Source of the DNA: a virus
IMG/VR virus record: IMGVR_UViG_3300045988_130903
DNA length: 37,917 bases
Direction: 5' to 3' (one strand)
Under the pieces are notes generated by a model. That model did not search any database. It was not told the origin of the DNA and saw nothing but the letters and a program-made list of their open reading frames with translations. The position numbers and the translations under genes were made by a program. Of the stretch, positions 1 to 8,807 are shown piece after piece (position 1 is the first letter of the stretch; every line of letters begins with the position of its first letter).

Positions 1-119
1 ACATACATAAGCAGTATCACATTTCATAATAGACTTTTCTAAAAAATCAACAAAATCTTCATCATTCATTTTATCATTTTCTATTGTTCTTTTGTCTTTA
101 ATCCCTGAATATGCAATAT
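1..119. repeat. 119-bp exact direct repeat of the two window ends (1-119 = 37799-37917); circular-assembly overlap or terminal redundancy
   Basis: Both 119-mers read identical base for base. The minus-strand ORF crosses the junction in frame. Confidence 0.9.
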
Positions 120-705
120 TATAAGGCGGGTCAGTAAACACCATATCTGCCTTATTACCATTCATTAGTTTTTCAACATCTTCTTCACTTGTGCTATCGC
201 CACACATTAATCTATGATTTCCCAATTGATAAATATCCCCTAATTTTGCTTTTGGTTCTTCTGGCGGTTCAATGTCAAAGTCATCTTCTACAATTTCTTG
301 TTCTTCTTCAACTTGGAATATGTCATCTAATTCATCAACATTAAATCCTGTTAGTTCTAAATCAAAATCAAGTTCTTTTAAGTTTTCTAATTCAATCTTT
401 AAAAGTTCATCATCCCAGCCTGCATTTAAAGCCATTTTATTATCTGCTATGATATAGGCTTTCTTTTGTGCTTCGGTAAGTCCTGATAGCACTATACAAG
501 GAACTTCTTCCATTTTTAATTTCTTACTTGCTAATAATCTTCCGTGTCCTGCTATAATGTTATCTTTTTCATCTATTAATAGTGGGTTAGTAAAGCCGAA
601 CTCATTTATACTTGCAACTATTTGATTTACTTGTTCTTCACTATGAGTTCTTGAATTATTTATGTATGGTATTAACTCATTTACTTTTTTATAAACAATT
701 TCCAT
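1..705 (-). CDS. ParB-like nuclease domain fused to an N6/N4 DNA methyltransferase, 5' part (continues at 37798 down to 37313)
   Basis: ATG at 705. Translation starts MEIVYKKVNELIPYINNSRTHSEEQ...IIAGHGR (ParB-type) and later has FTDPPYN (motif IV). The frame stays open to base 1 and joins 37798 in phase. Confidence 0.85.
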   Translation of the reverse strand, partial: MEIVYKKVNELIPYINNSRTHSEEQVNQIVASINEFGFTNPLLIDEKDNIIAGHGRLLASKKLKMEEVPCIVLSGLTEAQKKAYIIADNKMALNAGWDDELLKIELENLKELDFDLELTGFNVDELDDIFQVEEEQEIVEDDFDIEPPEEPKAKLGDIYQLGNHRLMCGDSTSEEDVEKLMNGNKADMVFTDPPYNIAYSGIKDKRTIENDKMNDEDFVDFLEKSIMKCDTAYVC

Positions 706-707
706 AA

Positions 708-2264
708 CTATTCTCCTTTCTTTTTCCAAATCTTGTTAAGAGCATATCTTACACTATCTATTGTGTGGTTGTTTTCATCTGGATAACCACTTATCCAATT
801 GCCATCTTTGTCTTGTTCATATTCATAATTACTAAACTCTTGCATTGTTTTAGGACACCTCACAGGGTCTATAACTATCTTCGCCAAACTAGATAACCAC
901 TTCATAGAATACTTGACACTTTCAGGACCTTTTTCAGCACCTTTTATCAATGCACCATAACTTTTAAAATCTCCAATTGACTTTGGTTCAGCACTATCTG
1001 CAATTATCATATCATCAGTAGTAACACCTTTGTTTTCAACTAAATAATCCCAAACATCAACATTACTCATTTTGTTTACTAAAAACTCATCAAAAATATA
1101 CAATGCTCTTTGTGCTGGATTATAACACATTTTAGTCCAAGCCAAAGGGTCAGGATACCATCCGAAGTCAAGTCCCATATAAATGTAATCATATGTTTCT
1201 ATCTCTTCATCGGTTATCTCTCTTATTTCAAGATTTTCAAATACATTTCCACCAATTCCTGTTTCTACCCCTAAATACTCATTTTCGTATGCTTTTTCGT
1301 TTGTTTCTTTTAAGAACTCAGCCTCATCAATAAATGCTTGTCCTAGCCACTTTTTAGGAACACTTCTATAATCACTCAAATTAACAAGCCTTGATGGTTT
1401 AGGTATTCTCTTTTCAATGTTTACAAAGTGTTGTTTGCTAGGTGGTGTATTGTATGAATAAAATTGAATATAATCGTCACCACCACGAATTAACGACTGA
1501 TTTATTTTACGAACTTCTAGCATACCTGCGAATTGGTCGAACTCTTCGTACCAAGTAATACCTACATACATATCCTTTGGTGTTTTTAATGACTTGATTT
1601 TACCATAATCATCAGCACCCCTAAAGAATATCTTTTGCCCCGTGCTTAGTTTTGTTATTTCCATAGGGCTTTTAGTTAGTTTATAATCTTCTTTTATTGT
1701 TGGATATGTTTCTGCTAATGTATCAATAGCCCACTCTAATTGAGCAAATACACTATCTTTTAAAGTGTCTTTTACTTTTCTTAAAACAACGCAACACATT
1801 TTAGGGTTGTTTTCCATTAATTCAATTACCTTTTCACTTATAAAAGATGACTTTGTACTACCACGACCACCCTCTAAATAATATTCTCTGTACTCTCTAT
1901 CATCTATACTTCTATTTATATCAACAAAACTTTTAGCAATGTCTTTTGCTGGTATCTGAATTATTTGTTCTACTTTTTCAACTTCTTCTTTTACTTTATC
2001 AGGGTTCTGTCCTGCAGTATCTCTAATAATCTCATAAGCCTTTGTGTCGCCTTTTATTGCTTTACCCATTAATGCAATTGTTATGTTTTCTTGATAGGTC
2101 TTGCCATTTTTTGCTTCGGCTTCTAATAAAAGTTCTAACTCTTTTCGCATTGTTTTCTTTTCTTTTTGAGCCTTGTTGCTAGCAATTGCACCCATTCTGG
2201 CTATTTCGCTGCGTCTTTGCTGTGTCATATCTGCAAAAGACACTAGATTGTCTAAATTAGCCAC
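708..2264 (-). CDS. terL: Terminase large subunit (PBSX/Terminase_3-like) with a small-terminase-like N-terminal ~100 aa
   Basis: Walker A GGRGSTKS; nuclease-half motifs (DSAEPKSI). N-terminus ...GDTKAYEIIRDTAGQNP resembles TerS proteins. GTG start after GAGGTG. Confidence 0.85.
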   Translation of the reverse strand: MANLDNLVSFADMTQQRRSEIARMGAIASNKAQKEKKTMRKELELLLEAEAKNGKTYQENITIALMGKAIKGDTKAYEIIRDTAGQNPDKVKEEVEKVEQIIQIPAKDIAKSFVDINRSIDDREYREYYLEGGRGSTKSSFISEKVIELMENNPKMCCVVLRKVKDTLKDSVFAQLEWAIDTLAETYPTIKEDYKLTKSPMEITKLSTGQKIFFRGADDYGKIKSLKTPKDMYVGITWYEEFDQFAGMLEVRKINQSLIRGGDDYIQFYSYNTPPSKQHFVNIEKRIPKPSRLVNLSDYRSVPKKWLGQAFIDEAEFLKETNEKAYENEYLGVETGIGGNVFENLEIREITDEEIETYDYIYMGLDFGWYPDPLAWTKMCYNPAQRALYIFDEFLVNKMSNVDVWDYLVENKGVTTDDMIIADSAEPKSIGDFKSYGALIKGAEKGPESVKYSMKWLSSLAKIVIDPVRCPKTMQEFSNYEYEQDKDGNWISGYPDENNHTIDSVRYALNKIWKKKGE

Positions 2265-2277
2265 ATCACCACCTCAC

Positions 2278-2478
2278 TCATTCTATTTTAAAAATATTTT
2301 TAACTTCTTCAAAAGAAATATCGCTCCAAATATACTCCCAAAGTAAATCTAATTGCCAAATTTTAAAAGGTTGGGAATAAAAATTAGTTTTATATTTCCT
2401 TAAATTTTCATTAGATAATTTTATCACAAAATCTCTTTCAACGCAAATTATCCCCAAATATTCTTTTAAATTTGACAT
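2278..2478 (-). CDS. Hypothetical protein, 66 aa
   Basis: ORF track; tightly packed upstream of terL. Confidence 0.5.
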   Translation of the reverse strand: MSNLKEYLGIICVERDFVIKLSNENLRKYKTNFYSQPFKIWQLDLLWEYIWSDISFEEVKNIFKIE

Positions 2479-2480
2479 AG

Positions 2481-2633
2481 TTATCTTCTCCTAATTAATT
2501 TCTTGCCAAATGTTTCAAGTTCGACAAGTCCTATGACTTCATAATCTTTTAATTCTAAAGTTTCGTAAATTTCAAGCAACGTTTTCTTTTTGTTAATTAA
2601 ATATTTTAATTTATTTTTTAAAATATCTTTCAT
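2481..2633 (-). CDS. Hypothetical protein, 50 aa (below track cutoff)
   Basis: Hand translation MKDILKNKLKYLINKKKTLLEIYETLELKDYEVIGLVELETFGKKLIRRR. ATGA coupling with the upstream ORF. Confidence 0.45.
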   Translation of the reverse strand: MKDILKNKLKYLINKKKTLLEIYETLELKDYEVIGLVELETFGKKLIRRR

Positions 2634-2749
2634 AAATTTCCTCCCAAATTTCTTCTTTGTGAATATTCAAAATAACTAAAAAAAAAGCATATTAACCCAC
2701 TGATTAACAATGCTCCTAAAGATAATATTAAATTTAATAAACCGCTCAT
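2630..2749 (-). CDS. Small membrane peptide, 39 aa (below track cutoff)
   Basis: Hand translation MSGLLNLILSLGALLISGLICFFFSYFEYSQRRNLGGNL. AGGTGA precedes the ATG. Confidence 0.4.
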   Translation of the reverse strand: MSGLLNLILSLGALLISGLICFFFSYFEYSQRRNLGGNL

Positions 2750-2765
2750 ATTATCACCTAGTTAA

Positions 2766-2794
2766 ATTATATCATTTTTGGGATAATAATTCAA
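2766..2794 (-). promoter_or_regulatory. Sigma-A type promoter TTGAAT-17-TGaTATAAT upstream of the packaging genes
   Basis: Minus strand reads TTGAATTATTATCCCAAAAATGATATAAT. The extended -10 overlaps the stop codon of the ERCC4 gene. Confidence 0.5.
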
Positions 2795-3329
2795 GTATCT
2801 TTTGCCCTGTTTCGGATTTAGAACAGAATTTAAAAGACACATCATAATCTTCCTTGTTATCTTCGATAGTATGTAATGCTTTTCTTAGTTGTTCGGGGCT
2901 TTGTGGTGGTCTATATGTTTGTAAGCCTCTTTTTTTTGCTTGCCTGTAAAGTTCCCACTCATTGTATTCTGCATGATAATTAAGATTTAATTTCCATTTT
3001 AAAGTTCGCTTGTATTGTTCTAGCCTCGGATTTTTCCATTTTGTAATATCATCAATGCAAGTAATATCTTTGCTATGTTCTATAAGTATTATTAAAAGTA
3101 TTCCAGCCTTTTTGGCTCTGATAAGTTCATCTCTAAATCGTTTTTGTGTAACATTTTGCATAATTTCAGCAAGATTTTGTTTTCGGTCAATAACAATTTT
3201 AGGGTTATCTAAAGATTGATAATCCCCAACATAAAGTTTTGAAGTGTCATAATCAATATTGTTTTCTTCAAAACATTTAATTATTTTTGTTATTGCCTTC
3301 GGTTTTTCTCGGCTGTCTATTAAAATCAT
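2772..3329 (-). CDS. ERCC4-type (XPF/Mus81-like) nuclease
   Basis: MILIDSREK...YVGDY...VIDRKQNLAEI pattern typical of the ERCC4 nuclease fold. Confidence 0.6.
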   Translation of the reverse strand: MILIDSREKPKAITKIIKCFEENNIDYDTSKLYVGDYQSLDNPKIVIDRKQNLAEIMQNVTQKRFRDELIRAKKAGILLIILIEHSKDITCIDDITKWKNPRLEQYKRTLKWKLNLNYHAEYNEWELYRQAKKRGLQTYRPPQSPEQLRKALHTIEDNKEDYDVSFKFCSKSETGQKILELLSQK

Positions 3330-4528
3330 TTAATCAACTCCTTAAAAATTGCCACTAAAACATTCACAACAATGCTATTACCAGCTTGTTTGTACAGTTG
3401 AGTATTACTATTAACCTTAGATGCTTTTTCATAATCACTATCATCAAACCCCATTAGTCTCCAACATTCTTTCGGCGTTAATTTTCTAATTCTTAAATCT
3501 ATGTTTTTATAAATAGAATATTTAGGACTACACTTTAAGGTACCATATTCATTTTTATAACCATAATCTCTTTTTCCTTTAGCAAAGTTGTTGCTTGAAG
3601 TATCATCAAACAACCCTACTTTTAAACATTCCTCTTGTAAATTAGTTGTGTCTTCTAAATTTTCACTATAAGTAATCATTCCAGAATGTTCTTCACCCGC
3701 TCCTCTTGCTGTTAATGTTGGAACTATGCTATTCTTCCCTTGTACTTTTTCAAATGGTTTTTGATATGCTCTCCAATTGGCTATTTTTTGTATTCTACTT
3801 TCACTTAAATAAAATTTTTCGTCTACATTTTCTTCTAACATATCTTTGAGTTTTAATTTAAGTGGTTGTTTTGGTGGGAATGCAAATTGTTTATTTTGCT
3901 CACATACTAAGCAATCTTTTTGAACTGTCGTTATTGCATTTGCACACTCTCTATCTGATATTTCTAAATGTTGTTTTATTTTCCCATTGTCATATCTTCC
4001 TCTCATAGCAGCACCTACAACACCGTTATTTAAAATACTCACCGTAAATACTCTTTCACGATTTTGAGGTATTCCATAATCTTTAGCATTTAATACTTGA
4101 TAATAATTTATATATCCTAGTTGTTTCATTTTTTCTAAATAAGCATCAAAATTATGTCTATGTTTCTTTGATAATAAGTTTTTTACATTTTCCCAAATAA
4201 CATATTTAGGTTTTAACTTTTCAACTATTCTTATTGTTTCATACATTAAACTACTTCTAGTTCCACTTCCTTCATCTCCTCCTGCTTGTTTCCCGGCAAG
4301 TGAGAAGTCTTGACACGGACTTCCGTGCATTATCAAATCTACTTTTATATCTTTGTCCCACTTACATATGTCTTGAGGTTCAAAATTAGTATTGTGTATA
4401 GCATTAAAACTTTTTACTGCATATTTATCTATTTCAACATAATCAGCAATTTCGTATTCAATTCCCAGCTTAGTTAAAGCCGAGCTACAAGCCCCTATTC
4501 CTCCAAAAAGTTCTAATATTTTAATCAT
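3326..4528 (-). CDS. dcm: DNA (cytosine-5) methyltransferase
   Basis: Motifs ELFGGIG (I), GSPCQDFS (IV), WENVKNL (VI), QNRERVF (VIII), GNSIVVNV (X). Confidence 0.9.
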   Translation of the reverse strand: MIKILELFGGIGACSSALTKLGIEYEIADYVEIDKYAVKSFNAIHNTNFEPQDICKWDKDIKVDLIMHGSPCQDFSLAGKQAGGDEGSGTRSSLMYETIRIVEKLKPKYVIWENVKNLLSKKHRHNFDAYLEKMKQLGYINYYQVLNAKDYGIPQNRERVFTVSILNNGVVGAAMRGRYDNGKIKQHLEISDRECANAITTVQKDCLVCEQNKQFAFPPKQPLKLKLKDMLEENVDEKFYLSESRIQKIANWRAYQKPFEKVQGKNSIVPTLTARGAGEEHSGMITYSENLEDTTNLQEECLKVGLFDDTSSNNFAKGKRDYGYKNEYGTLKCSPKYSIYKNIDLRIRKLTPKECWRLMGFDDSDYEKASKVNSNTQLYKQAGNSIVVNVLVAIFKELIK

Positions 4529-4866
4529 TTTAATTCTCCTTTATCTCCCTTAAAATAATTTTCTACAATTTTGTGTATGATATCGTGGCTGTTTGCTGAT
4601 ATATCACAAAAATCATCTATACAAAAATCAATATTATTAAACGAAACATATGTAAATAAATAACAGTGCATTAATTCGTGGTACAGAGTTTTTTTCATTT
4701 GTTGCGAATCCAAATCTTCGTATAATAAAATTTTTTTCTTTATAGGGCAAGTAATTCCATTATAAAAATTTCCATCATTTTTAAATTCTTCATTGTATTC
4801 TTCACACATTTTTTCTTGGCTTGTTTCTATTATTTCCCATTTTTCACCATTCATTTCAAATTTCAT
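4525..4866 (-). CDS. HExxH putative zinc metallopeptidase-like protein
   Basis: HELMH motif at about residue 63; 113 aa. Confidence 0.45.
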   Translation of the reverse strand: MKFEMNGEKWEIIETSQEKMCEEYNEEFKNDGNFYNGITCPIKKKILLYEDLDSQQMKKTLYHELMHCYLFTYVSFNNIDFCIDDFCDISANSHDIIHKIVENYFKGDKGELK

Positions 4867-5373
4867 TTAATCAACCTCATTTTCATAAATATTTCCAGTT
4901 TTAACAAACCCTCCCAACTCATCCCTATTAAGTAAAGTTGTTCTTTTATTTTTTATATGTTTTTTAATCCCTTTTCTTAAATGATTAGACATTCTTATTT
5001 TTTCTTTTTGATAGTCAGATATTGTTTTACCTTTATTATGTTTGCTTTGATGTAATGAGGCATTAATAAACATTAAATTATCTTTTGAGGCATTTAATTT
5101 ATTTTCATCTATATGATGAACATATGTATTTTTATCTAGTTTTCTTATACCATTCCAATACATCATTAATAATCTATGAATATGTATTTTTTCTTTAAAA
5201 ATCGTAACTGCTGGATAATTACCAAACATATAAATATGTTTTAATCTTGATGTTGGTTTATCTTGATACCATAACATTGCTTTTTCTAGTTCTTCGTAAT
5301 CAACAATACAGTTACAATCATTTATAAATTCAATTTTCTTTTGAAATTTAACAATCATTTTTATCCCACACAT
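4867..5373 (-). CDS. HNH endonuclease
   Basis: VHHIDENKLNASKDNLMFINASLHQSKH is an HNH-type motif. Start uncertain (5373 or 5358). Confidence 0.65.
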   Translation of the reverse strand: MCGIKMIVKFQKKIEFINDCNCIVDYEELEKAMLWYQDKPTSRLKHIYMFGNYPAVTIFKEKIHIHRLLMMYWNGIRKLDKNTYVHHIDENKLNASKDNLMFINASLHQSKHNKGKTISDYQKEKIRMSNHLRKGIKKHIKNKRTTLLNRDELGGFVKTGNIYENEVD

Positions 5374-5722
5374 TTCCTATTACTTTCATTCTATTTAGAT
5401 GTTTCATAGAAGAACTAGGAATATGACCTTTTATTTGAAAACTAGCCGTATCTTTATTCCAAGTTATAACACCAATTTCATCAGGATTAGTCCATTCATA
5501 ATCAAACATAACTTTATCTCCTTCATAAACATCTACACCATTTTTATCCTTTAAATTTGTATATTGCATTAAATCGCTAAACCATTCTCCTAGTCCAGTT
5601 TGCATATTATGATAGTAGCCATTTCCTTTTTCATCAAAACATATAAAATCATGTGAACTATTCAAATATCTCATCCTTTTTAAATCTTTATCATATACTC
5701 TAAATTTTATTTCTCTATTCAT
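5348..5722 (-). CDS. YopX-family protein
   Basis: MNREIKFRVYDKDLKRM...YTNLKDKNGVDVYEGDKV matches the YopX signature. Confidence 0.7.
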   Translation of the reverse strand: MNREIKFRVYDKDLKRMRYLNSSHDFICFDEKGNGYYHNMQTGLGEWFSDLMQYTNLKDKNGVDVYEGDKVMFDYEWTNPDEIGVITWNKDTASFQIKGHIPSSSMKHLNRMKVIGNVWDKNDC

Positions 5723-6030
5723 TATTCCTCCACCTTTACAACTAAATCGGCTTCCATTAATTCTTTTACTTTTTGTTTAAATTCAATATAAGAATTTTTA
5801 ATATTTTCAATATCTAACTCTAGTTGTTCTAAATCATTGCACCACCAAGACATATTTTCTAAGCTAAAGCATATTATCTTATTACTTTTATCAATTTTAA
5901 TTGATGAAAAATATCTTGTATTTGGATTATTATTATTTGGGTAATAAATCCAACCCCAATTATTTAATTTTATAAACCCATACTTTTCCAACACATTCAA
6001 GTCCACATTGTCTTTTATGCGAAGTGCCAT
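5722..6030 (-). CDS. Hypothetical protein, 102 aa
   Basis: ORF track; ATG/stop coupling with neighbours. Confidence 0.55.
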   Translation of the reverse strand: MALRIKDNVDLNVLEKYGFIKLNNWGWIYYPNNNNPNTRYFSSIKIDKSNKIICFSLENMSWWCNDLEQLELDIENIKNSYIEFKQKVKELMEADLVVKVEE

Positions 6031-6590
6031 ATAAAACCGCCTCCTGTCTTTCTTTTATTATTACAGGCATAACTAATACTTGTTATTGTTATTCCTGTAT
6101 TTCTACTTGCATCGCTTATGCTTTCATACACATTTAGTAAGTTGTTTTTCTTATCATATTGTGCAACTTTCTTTTTAGTAACTTCGTTAGCCAATGGATA
6201 TCCCTTCAAATACAACTTACTCTTTTTCATTCTTTCACTATTAATTATAGCCATATTTTCAAATCTTTTATTTTTCACTGCGTGTTGGATATTCTCTTTG
6301 GCTGTTACCCATTCCAAATTTTTCGCATTATTATTTTGTCTATTGCTATCAATATGATTGACTTGTGATTTGTTTTTGGGATTAGGAATAAATGCTTGTG
6401 CTACTAATCGATGTACACTAAACACCTTTTTATACTTATCTTTTTGTAAAGTTACTTTACAATATCCAAACTTATTTATAGTTTGTTTCAGATACTTTCT
6501 TTTTCTTTTGCTATATATATTTCCTTTTTCATCAATAGTATAATCTTCAAATCCTTCAATATCCTTCCAATCTTCTCTTATTTTATACAT
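6015..6590 (-). CDS. Free-standing homing-type endonuclease (NUMOD4 + HNH_3 + C-terminal HTH)
   Basis: WKDIEGFEDYTIDEKGNIYS (NUMOD4-like), VNHIDSNRQNNNAKNLEWVT (HNH). ATG at 6590 follows AAAGGA. Confidence 0.75.
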   Translation of the reverse strand: MYKIREDWKDIEGFEDYTIDEKGNIYSKRKRKYLKQTINKFGYCKVTLQKDKYKKVFSVHRLVAQAFIPNPKNKSQVNHIDSNRQNNNAKNLEWVTAKENIQHAVKNKRFENMAIINSERMKKSKLYLKGYPLANEVTKKKVAQYDKKNNLLNVYESISDASRNTGITITSISYACNNKRKTGGGFIWHFA

Positions 6591-6606
6591 AGTATCAGTC
6601 CTTTCT

Positions 6607-6831
6607 TTATTTTTTTGGCATTTGGTAAACAATTCTGTCTACATTTCCAACATAAGCATTTTGTAGTAAATCTTGTATTTCGTCTAAAACTTCAATGGCT
6701 CTTTCTTTTGTTTTGTATATTCCTAATTCAACATTGTCACCATCATAAGTGCTAATTCTTTTATCTTCATAATTGGCATCTAGAAATATATTATCTACTT
6801 TTTGTAATATTCTCTTATCTTGAGAACGCAC
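6607..6831 (-). CDS. Hypothetical protein, 74 aa (GTG start)
   Basis: ORF track only; no clear RBS. Confidence 0.35.
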   Translation of the reverse strand: MRSQDKRILQKVDNIFLDANYEDKRISTYDGDNVELGIYKTKERAIEVLDEIQDLLQNAYVGNVDRIVYQMPKK

Positions 6832-6838
6832 CCAAAGT

Positions 6839-7399
6839 TCAATAAGTCATCTCCTCCTCTCTTAAATATTTAAAAGAATGTCCACAGGTTTTTTTTAATT
6901 TTCCTTGGCAAACTTCGGTTATATGAGCATTTTTGTTATTTAGGTCTTTTTTTGCTTCTTTTAATGAATTGTATATTTTATTATCATCTCGTATTATTTT
7001 TTTCTTATTAATCTCATGACAATATTTGCAATCACTATAAGGAACTTTTAAAACTTCATGCATATGTTTTGTTTGTTCTTTATGAGTTGCCCATTCTAAA
7101 TTTGAAACTTTATTATTTAATTTATTTCCATCTTTATGATTAACGGTTTTTTTATTTAAAGGATTATTAATAAATGTCAAAGCAATAAGCCTATTTACTC
7201 TATATGTTTTTACAACACCATTTTTTGATAATCTTACTCGATAATATTCACTATTATTTTTATTAAATTTTAATATTTTACCTTTTTGTATGTATTCATT
7301 AGTTCCATTTTTTCTAACATGATCTAAACTTCTAATTCTGCCTAAATCACTTGCTTGATAAAAGCCTTCATAATTAGGTATGTCTTTCCATAATTCCAT
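6839..7399 (-). CDS. Free-standing homing-type endonuclease (NUMOD4 + HNH_3)
   Basis: WKDIPNYEGFYQASDLGRIRS and VNHKDGNKLNNKVSNLEWAT; ATG at 7399. Confidence 0.75.
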   Translation of the reverse strand: MELWKDIPNYEGFYQASDLGRIRSLDHVRKNGTNEYIQKGKILKFNKNNSEYYRVRLSKNGVVKTYRVNRLIALTFINNPLNKKTVNHKDGNKLNNKVSNLEWATHKEQTKHMHEVLKVPYSDCKYCHEINKKKIIRDDNKIYNSLKEAKKDLNNKNAHITEVCQGKLKKTCGHSFKYLREEEMTY

Positions 7400-7414
7400 T
7401 TTTATCACTTCTTT

Positions 7415-7618
7415 CTATTTCCAACCTAATTCATTTACCTGTTGGTTTATTGCTTTTAATATATCTAAGGTAAATTCATTAACTATTTCTATTGTTTTGC
7501 TATTATTATAAAACCATATATAAATATCATTTTCTTCATTGTAATAGTACACCATATATGATGTAGTCTCGACTAAATCATATCCTAGTTCCTTAAATAA
7601 CTCTCTAGCACTTTTCAT
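7415..7618 (-). CDS. Hypothetical protein, 67 aa
   Basis: ORF track. Confidence 0.5.
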   Translation of the reverse strand: MKSARELFKELGYDLVETTSYMVYYYNEENDIYIWFYNNSKTIEIVNEFTLDILKAINQQVNELGWK

Positions 7619-7621
7619 ATT

Positions 7622-7879
7622 TTAATCCTCCTTATTTAATTCATCATTTAATTCATCATAATCACGATTTAAACATAAATTTTCTGTATATTCCCAACTA
7701 CACTCTCCTTTATTTTCATCATATTCGTAAACATATAAATGTGGAGTGCAACAATAACTTGCACGTTTATTGTTTTCTTCAAATATTTTTATAACCACCT
7801 TTAATTCTTCTTCGGTTAGTTCCATATCAAAATAAACATTATCATCACAACCAATATTTGCTATTTTATATTTTTTCAT
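7622..7879 (-). CDS. Hypothetical protein, 85 aa
   Basis: ORF track. Confidence 0.5.
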   Translation of the reverse strand: MKKYKIANIGCDDNVYFDMELTEEELKVVIKIFEENNKRASYCCTPHLYVYEYDENKGECSWEYTENLCLNRDYDELNDELNKED

Positions 7880-7882
7880 ATT

Positions 7883-8104
7883 TTAATCATTCTCCTTTGC
7901 TAAAAATTTTCTTTTATATTCATCAATTCCTAATTTTAAGACTAAATTTAATTTTTCTTTTTCAATTATATTAGGAATTACATTATTTTCTGTACAATAT
8001 CTTTCTATTGCTTTTAATGTTTCTTTGTCTTGTTTGCTTACAATTTCAGTAATCATCTTTTCCGTATAACTGAATATACAATTTTCTTCGTTAAGATTAA
8101 ACAT
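7883..8104 (-). CDS. Hypothetical protein, 73 aa
   Basis: ORF track. Confidence 0.5.
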   Translation of the reverse strand: MFNLNEENCIFSYTEKMITEIVSKQDKETLKAIERYCTENNVIPNIIEKEKLNLVLKLGIDEYKRKFLAKEND

Positions 8105-8106
8105 AA

Positions 8107-8439
8107 TTATTTCTCCTTTAAATTGTTAATTTCATCTATTAGTTCATTGATTTTATTTGCTATTGTTCTTTGGTCTTTCGTTGCACAAGCATTATCAGTA
8201 ATTGATTTAGGCAATTTTTCTATCTTCTTTGGTTCTTCAATTATTTCTACTTCATCATCTAATAAAGCAGTTATATCTTCTCCAATAAGAAAATCCAAAG
8301 TACAATTTATCGGTCTACAATAATTTTGAGTTTCTCCATTATATTCATAAATATTATTTTTATATTTTATTTTTCTAGGAGCGTCATCATCTAAAATTAA
8401 TCCTAATAATTCATATATTGTTATTTTCATTTCTAACAT
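8107..8439 (-). CDS. Hypothetical protein, ~107-110 aa
   Basis: ORF track. The likely start is the ATG at 8430, after AAGGAG. Confidence 0.5.
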   Translation of the reverse strand: MLEMKITIYELLGLILDDDAPRKIKYKNNIYEYNGETQNYCRPINCTLDFLIGEDITALLDDEVEIIEEPKKIEKLPKSITDNACATKDQRTIANKINELIDEINNLKEK

Positions 8440-8740
8440 CTCCTTTTGCTTTTTGTATTATTTCTAATAAATCATCATATGGAATATTATCACTATATCC
8501 TAAATCTTTACCAGTTTCTTCATCAGTAGTTGCTTTTAATATTATTTTTTCAATTTCATCTAATGCTTTTTCTAAAATATATGTTTTTTTGTAATGCTTT
8601 TCTAATAATGGTAAATAATATTTATCGTATAATTCTTCCATATTTTCACATTTATCATATAGTTCTTCTTTTTGTGTAATTACATTTATATTATTATTCA
8701 TTTTACCAAATCCTTTCTTAAACACTATTTTTAGCCCCAT
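8411..8740 (-). CDS. Hypothetical protein, ~96-109 aa
   Basis: ORF track. The likely start is near 8701, after AAAGGA. Confidence 0.5.
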   Translation of the reverse strand: MGLKIVFKKGFGKMNNNINVITQKEELYDKCENMEELYDKYYLPLLEKHYKKTYILEKALDEIEKIILKATTDEETGKDLGYSDNIPYDDLLEIIQKAKGDVRNENNNI

Positions 8741-8807
8741 AGAGCGACTTTTTATGGTATGATGGTATATTTATATTATTTTCGTAAAAAGTGCCTTAAA
8801 ATTGTTT

